DNA of 8,645 nucleotides from a virus (lineage: Duplodnaviria; Heunggongvirae; Uroviricota; Caudoviricetes), in IMG/VR virus record IMGVR_UViG_2548876856_000015. One strand, given 5' to 3'. The translations under genes and the position numbers were made by a program. Every line of letters starts with the position of its first letter. The first letter of the stretch is position 1. The notes below the pieces were generated by a model, which was not told the DNA's origin, searched no databases, and saw nothing but the letters and a program-made list of their open reading frames with translations. Positions 1-5,694 of the stretch are shown in pieces.

Positions 1-471
1 CTAGCAGTCAAACTCAACAACTAATTCTTCGGTAATATCGCTTAGGGAAACAATGCCTTTATATCCAGTCTCAACATACGGGACAACCCTCTCGCCCCAT
101 GCTTTTTCTTCTTTCCAAGAAGTCCATGGAATCAGTTTCTCGAACTTGCTTTCGTGAAGAAACAGTATTGAAATCTTATCACCTTGTTCGCGTTTAAGGA
201 TCTGAGTTGGAAAACATTTATAAGCATGCTCTTTCCAGAATCTAGTCCCATAGCATCTATAGTCGAAAAAAGACACGCAATTGCGCTGCCTAAAAAAACC
301 ATTAGATGTATTTCCAAATCTTGAAAATTGCAATAATTCCGAATTTGGAACCAAAGCTCCAGATTGTTTTATAAGGAGCATATTAGCTGCAGTAGTAACA
401 TGAAACACTTTTCCTGAAAGTGCAGATAAAATATCGTCGTTATACGTGATTTTGAGTTGATTGATTATCAT
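1..471 (-). CDS. Hypothetical accessory protein (AT-rich cargo ORF next to the int 3' end)
   Basis: ORF track 1..483 minus, 160 aa. The first codon at 483 is TTG; the first ATG is at 471..469 (MIINQ...). Stop codon occupies window positions 1-3. Visibly more AT-rich than the neighbouring int. No clear Shine-Dalgarno. No family recognised with confidence. Confidence 0.45.
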   Translation of the reverse strand: MIINQLKITYNDDILSALSGKVFHVTTAANMLLIKQSGALVPNSELLQFSRFGNTSNGFFRQRNCVSFFDYRCYGTRFWKEHAYKCFPTQILKREQGDKISILFLHESKFEKLIPWTSWKEEKAWGERVVPYVETGYKGIVSLSDITEELVVEFDC

Positions 472-571
472 ATTTTTTATCAAGTAACTATTGGCCTGTT
501 GCTGTTCATTAGCATAGCATGATGACTGCTATTGGCTGTGAGTTCAAGGTGGCGTTGGGACTCTTAAATAC

Positions 572-1699
572 TCACAACGCTACTTTGCTCCATCCTTTGC
601 CTCGGTCATCATGGTAACGATCGGTTTGCTGCTGGGTTTTATGGCCCAGTAACTTTCTGGTATCAACCCCTTGTTCCTTGTAAAGACGTTCAGATAAAGA
701 TCTTTGTTCATGAAAAGTTGCAGGAGTTCCAGTACCCCAATCAATTTCTGCCAGATCACGTGCCTTGCTAAAGTTCATCGTTAGTGTATTAGCTTTTACC
801 TGTGCGCCACGTTCAGCCTGTGATGTAGTACGGAAAAAATGCACTAAGTATGGGCTGACTGCGTAGTCACGGCAGCGAGCTACTACATCACGTAAACACC
901 AGTTGATAGCATTCAAACGTAAAGAAAGAGGGATAGCGATTTTGCTCCCGGTCTTTTCCTGAATGACGTGAAGATGATCCTCCCAAATATCACTAAATTT
1001 CATTTTGGATATATCTCCTAAACGCTGCCCAGTGACCAAAGCTAGGAGCATGGCATTTCCCATATAACGATGAGCGGCGTCTGCGATATCGAATATTTTT
1101 TTCCATTCTTCTAGGCTGAGGCGTTGACGGCTAATTTTCCTTCTGGGTTGCTTCGTTGCAAGAGCAGGGTTATACCCTGGTGGAACTTCGCCGTAATGCT
1201 GTGCTTCCTTAAACACATCGATCAATACAGACCTTACGACCTGGGCCATTCTAGGCTGTCCAGCAGAGATATACTCATCAAGTAATTGTGCTATATCTCT
1301 GACATCAACGGCTGATATCAACTTCAGTCCTGCTCGTTCCCTGAGCAAGGATACTGGTTTGGCTTTCTGTTTATAGGTGTTGAGCTTTATATCGCCACTT
1401 TTCAGTCTGTCTTCCTGGATTGCTTGATAGCGATCTAACCAGGTTGACGTTGTGATTGCTTTTCCTTTGCTGGTTGCGATCCTGTCACTGATAGCTAGAA
1501 TCTGCCGGGTTCTTTGCTCAGCTAGGCGTGTATTGGCCTCAGTGGCAATAGCAATGGCTTCAGCTTCGTTTGTGCCCAAAGAATGAAACTTCCCGGTCAC
1601 TGGATGCTTATATCGCCAATAAACTTTATTTACTTTTCTGCTATAGAGCGGATACAAGTTCGGGACTGAAACATTATTCTTACGTGGTCTGGCTGCCAT
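572..1699 (-). CDS. int: Tyrosine site-specific integrase (lambda Int family)
   Basis: 375 aa. N-terminus VPNLYPLY..YWRYKHPVTGKFHSLG resembles lambda Int LPPNLYIR..YCYRDPRTGKEFGLG (from memory). C-terminal catalytic region LLGHKTQQQTDRYHDDRG carries the His and Tyr of tyrosine recombinases. ATG at 1699..1697. Overlapped by xis. Confidence 0.9.
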   Translation of the reverse strand: MAARPRKNNVSVPNLYPLYSRKVNKVYWRYKHPVTGKFHSLGTNEAEAIAIATEANTRLAEQRTRQILAISDRIATSKGKAITTSTWLDRYQAIQEDRLKSGDIKLNTYKQKAKPVSLLRERAGLKLISAVDVRDIAQLLDEYISAGQPRMAQVVRSVLIDVFKEAQHYGEVPPGYNPALATKQPRRKISRQRLSLEEWKKIFDIADAAHRYMGNAMLLALVTGQRLGDISKMKFSDIWEDHLHVIQEKTGSKIAIPLSLRLNAINWCLRDVVARCRDYAVSPYLVHFFRTTSQAERGAQVKANTLTMNFSKARDLAEIDWGTGTPATFHEQRSLSERLYKEQGVDTRKLLGHKTQQQTDRYHDDRGKGWSKVAL

Positions 1700-1925
1700 T
1701 ACTTAAAATCCTTTGTAGAATAATAGAATCACTTTTCTTAATGACAGGAGTAACTAATTCCCCAACTAACTCTGCGTCCTCACGTACTCGCCATAGTCGA
1801 CCTTGTTTCATTGCCGGTGGACAAAATAAATTCTGCTTAGCATAATGACGCAATGTGGACACACTTGGAGGGTTACTCCTAAATTTTTCCGCAGCCCATT
1901 CCTCAAGTGTCAGCATTTGAAGCAT
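1680..1925 (-). CDS. xis: Excisionase (Xis/AlpA-like small DNA-binding protein)
   Basis: 81 aa, MLQMLTLEEWAAEKFRSNPPSVSTLRHYAKQ...GRLWRVREDA. Small basic protein immediately upstream of int, overlapping it by 20 nt (1680-1699). GAGG lies about 10 nt upstream of the ATG at 1925. Confidence 0.75.
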   Translation of the reverse strand: MLQMLTLEEWAAEKFRSNPPSVSTLRHYAKQNLFCPPAMKQGRLWRVREDAELVGELVTPVIKKSDSIILQRILSNGSQTT

Positions 1926-1979
1926 TTTGATAACCTCATTTCTTTTGCTACAAAACTATTTCACAAGTTAATTTCGCAG

Positions 1980-2516
1980 TTAGGATTGCTTATGCATCTT
2001 ATGCAGCTCTTTAAAACGTTCCATAAACATCCCGTAGGCATGGCCCGGTGCCAGTGGAATCACGTTGAACATCTCTGTTGCCGGGATACCTTCCAGTACA
2101 AGCCAGAAAGAGCCATCATCAAGCCCGAGATCGCGGCGTTCGGTTGCCAGCATGATGAGATCGGCATATTTCACGGGTGTACTCATAACTGGGGGTAACC
2201 CGTATTTCTCACGGATTACGGCGTCTATTTTTTCTTCCATCCGTTTATAGTCAGGAAGAAGGCGTTTCAGTGGTGCGGGAATGTCCTGGCAATACGCTTC
2301 TGTTGCATCATGCATTAACGCTTCAAAAGCAAATTCCTGCGGCACCAGCTGGCTGCAAAGAACCGCATGTTGGGCGACGCTGTAGAAGTGCGAAAGATGA
2401 CCGGCAAAGCGGCAGATATTTGAAAGGGAAACCGCGATATCGTTAATAACGATGTCGTCTTTATTTATCCTGTCATAATAAAAATGCTTCCCAGAAAAAG
2501 TTTTAATAAATGACAT
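1980..2516 (-). CDS. HD-domain metal-dependent phosphohydrolase
   Basis: ORF track 1980..2543; the first codon there is GTG. The ATG at 2516..2514 is preceded by GGAGAACAAA and gives a 178-aa product. H...HD signature: SVAQHAVLCS followed by LMHDATEAYCQDIP. Same strand as xis-int, immediately upstream. Confidence 0.75.
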   Translation of the reverse strand: MSFIKTFSGKHFYYDRINKDDIVINDIAVSLSNICRFAGHLSHFYSVAQHAVLCSQLVPQEFAFEALMHDATEAYCQDIPAPLKRLLPDYKRMEEKIDAVIREKYGLPPVMSTPVKYADLIMLATERRDLGLDDGSFWLVLEGIPATEMFNVIPLAPGHAYGMFMERFKELHKMHKQS

Positions 2517-2585
2517 TTTGTTCTCCACGTATATGCGCTGCACCGCGCTGAATTCGGGTAAAAGGAAGCCCTCACCGTCCGGCGA

Positions 2586-2935
2586 TTATTGAGTCGAGTC
2601 AATTACATTTCCATGAATGCCCCCGTAGGGGCGGTTAGTTTCTCCACAAAACAGTGAAGAACACCTGCGGTGGCAGCCGCCTGGATGGATTGGGTTATGA
2701 GCCCGTCGTCCGGTGATGCTCTTCTCTGTTTTGTAAAAAGGACGGTACCAGCCGGAAGCAAGGGTACAAACTGGTACCGTCAAGACTACACACAGCATAA
2801 AGTTGTGGTGCCGGGTGCCTCCCGGTGCCTGGCGAAGGTTGCACACCAGACGGGTGGGTATCCACAGAAGGTCGACTGTCAGCCTCAACCTTAACCCGCG
2901 TGCGCTGAGCCGCATTCACCACAACGCTAAGGATT
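2586..2935. other. GC-rich structured non-coding island (candidate ncRNA or leader/terminator cluster)
   Basis: No ORF with protein-like composition on either strand; track ORFs here overlap each other and are Arg/Cys/Pro-rich. Multiple stems: GCCCC-GTA-GGGGC around 2619-2632; 11-bp perfect inverted repeat GACGGTACCAG / CTGGTACCGTC (2741-2751 and 2771-2781); CCGGG-TGCCT-CCCGG (2811-2825). GGTACC-type motif recurs three times. Confidence 0.3.
2735..2781 (-). terminator. Intrinsic-terminator-like hairpin with T-run (minus strand), between the small ORFs and the HD-xis-int genes
   Basis: On the minus strand: stem GACGGTACCAG (2781-2771), 19-nt loop, stem CTGGTACCGTC (2751-2741), then CTTTTTAC (T-run 2739-2735). 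The loop is long for a canonical terminator. Confidence 0.35.
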
Positions 2936-3035
2936 CTCTCTGGTTGAAAATACTTAGCTGTTATGTGCCTGTCTTTTCACCACTTCAGGCTCGGTGGTAT
3001 CTTGGTGTTTTCATATAGCCAAGAAGGAAATAGTT

Positions 3036-3227
3036 ATGACCAAAGAAGAAAAAATTCTTTATTTATTCCAACTATCGGTTAAGACTCACACTGCATATCA
3101 GACTGCTGCCATGACATCAGATAAAAATTACAGTACGTCAGAAAACCCGATAGACGACATAAGCAAGCTTTACGATAAGTTCGAAGCACTACTCGATAAA
3201 AAGTTTGCTGAGGCTGGGCTTGAGTGA
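3036..3227 (+). CDS. Small hypothetical protein (63 aa)
   Basis: ATG at 3036 preceded by AAGGAAA at 7-nt spacing. Product MTKEEKILYLFQLSVKTHTAYQ...DKFEALLDKKFAEAGLE has natural-looking composition. Stop TGA at 3225-3227. Opposite orientation to the surrounding minus-strand genes. Confidence 0.45.
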   Translation: MTKEEKILYLFQLSVKTHTAYQTAAMTSDKNYSTSENPIDDISKLYDKFEALLDKKFAEAGLE

Positions 3228-3365
3228 TTGTTGAATAATCGACAAAACCCAACTTAAATTTTCGTCAGTGGGCTCGATGCCATGTGCGGTGAGCTCACTT
3301 TTCAAAACTCCAAGCAATTCAGAGCTGATTTTCAATATATCTGCTTGATTTCTAACTATTCCCAC
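3189..3365 (-). CDS. Small hypothetical protein (58 aa from GTG 3365; 68 aa if from ATG 3395)
   Basis: ORF track 3189..3395. The ATG at 3395 has no SD. An in-frame GTG at 3365..3363 is preceded by GGGAGG (3376-3371) with a 5-nt spacer. Product ...VGIVRNQADILKISSELLGVLKSELTAHGIEPTDENLSW.... Overlaps the 3' end of the plus-strand ORF by 39 nt (3189-3227). Confidence 0.45.
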   Translation of the reverse strand: MGIVRNQADILKISSELLGVLKSELTAHGIEPTDENLSWVLSIIQQSLKPSLSKLFIE

Positions 3366-3653
3366 TTTTTCCTCCCTTGGTCTACGCGCGGTCATGTTTT
3401 ACGCCCAAACGACTTCACAGTTATTGTTTAAAATCTGGACTTTCATTTCATACACCTGCTTTAACATGAGTGCCTGGTGGCACAACATGACTCAACGAAT
3501 CATCCTGGACTTCATATGCCCCAGGCGGCTACTTCGTGGGCGTCCTGCCTGTTCGTTTTTGACATTTACTGACTGCTTACGACACATGCACCGTGTTGCA
3601 ACCAGATTTTGTTGTAATCCGGTAGTTGGTCTGGAACAAAAGATAAAATTAAA

Positions 3654-3690
3654 TTGCGAGATATGCAAGTAATATTTGCGAGGTATGCAA
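3654..3690 (-). promoter_or_regulatory. OL-like operator pair, probable leftward early promoter region
   Basis: Two 15-bp near-palindromes, TTGCGAGATATGCAA (3654-3668) and TTGCGAGGTATGCAA (3676-3690), spaced 22 bp apart. Same TTGCG-N5-xGCAA pattern as sites in the cI-cro intergenic region. On the minus strand TTGCAT hexamers could serve as -35 elements. Confidence 0.5.
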
Positions 3691-3703
3691 ATTTATAGGT
3701 AAT

Positions 3704-3724
3704 AAAAAGCCACCTTTCGGTGGC
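3704..3724 (-). terminator. Rho-independent terminator downstream of the cI-like gene
   Basis: Minus strand: GCCACC-GAAA-GGTGGC stem-loop (3724-3709) followed by TTTTT (3708-3704), about 20 nt after the cI stop at 3745. Confidence 0.6.
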
Positions 3725-3744
3725 CGATGGATGGGATATTGAGG

Positions 3745-4437
3745 TTAATTATGTCTCTTAAGGGTTTGCGACTGACTGATTAAGACCTTTCCAAAGACCA
3801 TGAATCGGTGTTCGTTTTCGCTAGTAATTCCCCATTCACGGTAAATCTGGTTATCAGAAATCACCAGCAGTTTGTCAGGAATCATTTGAAGTCTTTTAAC
3901 GTATATTTTGTCATCAAAACCAAAGACATATATACCATCACCATCAAACTGATTGATGCTGACATCAACGAAGATGAGATCTCCTGGCTCAATGGTTGGA
4001 CACATACTGTCCCCACGAACGTTGATAACTTTGATGTGATTGGCTGGTCGTCCGCCGAACATTGATACAGCATTATCAGTTCTGTATTCGATGGCATGAA
4101 TCACATCAATGACATCACCGCCTTGGATAAGGCCATTTCCCGCACTGGCACTGATATCCAGCATTTCAATACGGAACACATCCTTCACCTGCGCAACATC
4201 CTCATTATTACTGTTTTTATATACAGTATTACTTTTGTGGGCAGAGGTAAAGAGATCAGCAATATCAACACCTAAGCTCTTGGCAATATTACTCAGTGTT
4301 TGTTCGGTAAATTGTTTTTGCTTACCCGTTTCTAAGCGCGAGATGTTCGCCGCATCTACTCCTATTGCTTCAGCGAGATCGGCGATTTTCATGTTCTTCG
4401 CTTGGCGAAGTTGTCTGACTCGGTTTCCTATGTTCAT
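3745..4437 (-). CDS. cI: cI-like prophage repressor (N-terminal HTH + C-terminal S24 LexA-like autopeptidase domain)
   Basis: 230 aa. N-terminal HTH_XRE-type segment VRQLRQAKNMKIADLAEAIGVDAANISRLETGK. C-terminal GDSMCPTIEPGDLIFVD (Ser nucleophile) and YVKRL (Lys) match the S24 family. Divergent from the cro-like gene. Confidence 0.9.
   Translation of the reverse strand: MNIGNRVRQLRQAKNMKIADLAEAIGVDAANISRLETGKQKQFTEQTLSNIAKSLGVDIADLFTSAHKSNTVYKNSNNEDVAQVKDVFRIEMLDISASAGNGLIQGGDVIDVIHAIEYRTDNAVSMFGGRPANHIKVINVRGDSMCPTIEPGDLIFVDVSINQFDGDGIYVFGFDDKIYVKRLQMIPDKLLVISDNQIYREWGITSENEHRFMVFGKVLISQSQTLKRHN
4209..4228. promoter_or_regulatory. LexA (SOS) box-like palindrome inside the cI coding sequence
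   Basis: TACTGTTTTTATATACAGTA matches CTGT-N8-ACAG with an AT-rich spacer and TA flanks; about 18 of 20 positions agree with the E. coli consensus TACTGTATATATATACAGTA (from memory). Only CTGT-N8-ACAG match found in a manual scan of the window. Confidence 0.4.
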
Positions 4438-4534
4438 GCGTTTATTACATTTCTTTATTGCGTGATAAGCAAATCAACTTGCGCAAAATAATTGCGTGAA
4501 ATAACATGCATAACGCGCAATATTTGGAGGTTAT
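4438..4534. promoter_or_regulatory. Divergent cI/cro promoter-operator region (OR-like)
   Basis: 97-bp intergenic region between the divergent cI and cro starts. Contains TTGCGTGATAAGCAA (4458-4472), the palindrome TTGCGCAA (4479-4486), TTGCG at 4492, and ATGCATAACGCGCAA (4506-4520; TTGCGCGTTATGCAT on the other strand). GGAGG at 4526-4530 precedes the cro ATG. Confidence 0.55.
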
Positions 4535-4795
4535 ATGCAATCACTATTACGAAATGTGCGTAAGGCGCATGGTTTCACTTTGCAGCATGTTGCTGCGGGT
4601 GTTCAAGTCAATCCAGCGACGTTGAGTCGTATTGAGAGGCTGGAGCAGATTCCATCTATCGAGCTTGCAGAACGTTTAGCCAATTTTTTTAAGGGTGAAG
4701 TCAGCGAAATGCAGATTCTTTATCCGGCACGTTTTCAATCTAGCCAAAACCAGAATGGGTTTAAACCACAGGAACAGGAGGTGAACCGTGGGTAA
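4535..4795 (+). CDS. cro: Cro-like HTH (XRE-family) regulator
   Basis: 86 aa. HTH segment GFTLQHVAAGVQVNPATLSRIERLEQIPSIELAERLANFF. First rightward gene, divergent from cI. Stop TAA at 4793-4795 overlaps the next gene start. Confidence 0.8.
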   Translation: MQSLLRNVRKAHGFTLQHVAAGVQVNPATLSRIERLEQIPSIELAERLANFFKGEVSEMQILYPARFQSSQNQNGFKPQEQEVNRG

Positions 4796-5339
4796 GCATC
4801 ACTGGAAAGTAGAAAAACAGCCTGAGTGGTACGTGAAAGCTGTCAGAAAAACTATCGCAGCGTTGCCGGGGGGTTACGCTGAAGCTGCTGACTGGCTGGA
4901 TGTAACAGAGAACGCATTATTTAACCGCCTTCGTGCCGATGGCGATCAGATTTTCCCGCTGGGATGGGCAATGATTTTGCAACGTGCTGGTGGAACTCAC
5001 TTCATTGCTGACGCTGTGGCGCAGTCTGCAAATGGCGTCTTTGTGTCTCTTCCTGATGTCGAGGATGTGGACAACGCCGATATCAACCAACGCCTGCTGG
5101 AGGTCATTGAACAGATCGGCAGTTATTCAAAACAGATTCGTTCAGCAATTGAAGACGGTGTAGTGGAACCGCATGAGAAGACAGCAATTAACGACGAGCT
5201 GTACCTCTCAATTTCGAAGCTGCAGGAGCATGCAGCACTGGTCTACAAAATTTTTTGCATTTCAGAAAGTAATGACGCCCGCGAGTGTGCAGCTCCGGGC
5301 GCCGTGGCGTGTCGTGACTGTGGAGAAACTAACGCATGA
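4788..5339 (+). CDS. CII-like phage regulatory protein (function tentative)
   Basis: 183 aa. GTG start at 4788 with AGGAGG at 4776-4781. Sits in the lambda cII position after cro. The sequence recalls the longer 'phage regulatory protein CII' family; this is from memory, not verified. Stop overlaps the next ATG (ATGA at 5336-5339). Confidence 0.5.
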   Translation: MGKHHWKVEKQPEWYVKAVRKTIAALPGGYAEAADWLDVTENALFNRLRADGDQIFPLGWAMILQRAGGTHFIADAVAQSANGVFVSLPDVEDVDNADINQRLLEVIEQIGSYSKQIRSAIEDGVVEPHEKTAINDELYLSISKLQEHAALVYKIFCISESNDARECAAPGAVACRDCGETNA

Positions 5340-5674
5340 ATAGTTTAACAACACACTACCGTCGCTCGCAACTGATTGCGCTTCCTGTACCGGGTGGAAA
5401 AGCGAAGGTGGAGTATTGCTATGCAGTAAATGTACCAGGTGGCAGGGTAATTGTAACCCACAGCTTTGCAGAGTGGGCTGTGGGTGATTTTAACCGGCAA
5501 AAGGAGACAGTCCTTTGCGACAAGTTAACCGCTGGTTCAAAGATCACTACGGAGTACCCGTCAGAGTCATTCGTTGGGAGCCGGAAACACAACGGGTTAT
5601 CTACCTCCGCGAAGGCTATGAGCATGAATGCTTCAGTCCGCTCGAAAAGTTTCGTCGTAAATTCAGGGAAATAG
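5336..5674 (+). CDS. Hypothetical protein; the reading frame appears to lose coding character in its 3' half
   Basis: 112-aa ORF. The N-terminal ~55 residues look protein-like ([52 protein letters not shown]). The remainder is Ser-rich and low-complexity, while a different frame over the same DNA looks protein-like. Confidence 0.35.
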   Translation: MNSLTTHYRRSQLIALPVPGGKAKVEYCYAVNVPGGRVIVTHSFAEWAVGDFNRQKETVLCDKLTAGSKITTEYPSESFVGSRKHNGLSTSAKAMSMNASVRSKSFVVNSGK

Positions 5675-5694
5675 AGGTCGGTCATGAGCACTAA
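5515..5694 (+). CDS. Alternative-frame small ORF (about 59 aa, TTG start), or the C-terminal part of a frameshifted gene
   Basis: The frame open from 5494 to the TAA at 5692-5694 encodes ...[64 protein letters not shown] at 5501-5506 lies 8 nt before TTG 5515. Its stop overlaps the O-like ATG at 5684. Confidence 0.3.
   Translation: MRQVNRWFKDHYGVPVRVIRWEPETQRVIYLREGYEHECFSPLEKFRRKFREIEVGHEH

Noticed and set aside
484-571. Possible tRNA gene or attachment-site core between the cargo ORF and int
   Set aside because: The 88-bp spacer is long enough for a tRNA, but I could not see a cloverleaf or conserved tRNA features, and an att core cannot be recognised without the other prophage end or an empty site.
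1570-2250. Plus-strand ORFs 1570-1845, 1845-2198 and 2065-2250 from the six-frame track
   Set aside because: They lie antisense to the well-supported int, xis and HD genes, have no ribosome-binding sites and show biased, non-protein-like composition. They are shadow ORFs.
2586-2922. ORFs 2586-2915 (-), 2670-2894 (+), 2695-2922 (-) and 2803-3018 (+) as protein-coding genes
   Set aside because: They overlap one another on both strands in a GC-rich, hairpin-rich segment, and their products are Arg/Pro/Cys-rich with no SD or motifs. The region is better explained as non-coding.
3492-3587. 31-aa Arg-rich minus-strand micro-ORF (MCRKQSVNVKNEQAGRPRSSRLGHMKSRMIR), considered as an N-like antiterminator
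   Set aside because: No Shine-Dalgarno, much shorter than known N proteins, and no boxA/boxB-like elements recognised nearby. Arg-richness alone is insufficient.
3394-3672. 92-aa plus-strand ORF in the region between the small minus-strand gene and cI
   Set aside because: Cys-rich, implausible composition and no RBS. It spans the leader and operator region of the leftward operon and runs into the OL-like sites.
3808-4465. Plus-strand ORFs 3808-4065 and 4109-4465, and minus-strand ORF 3882-4097, inside the repressor gene
   Set aside because: They are antisense to or out of frame with the strongly supported cI-like CDS and have low-complexity products.
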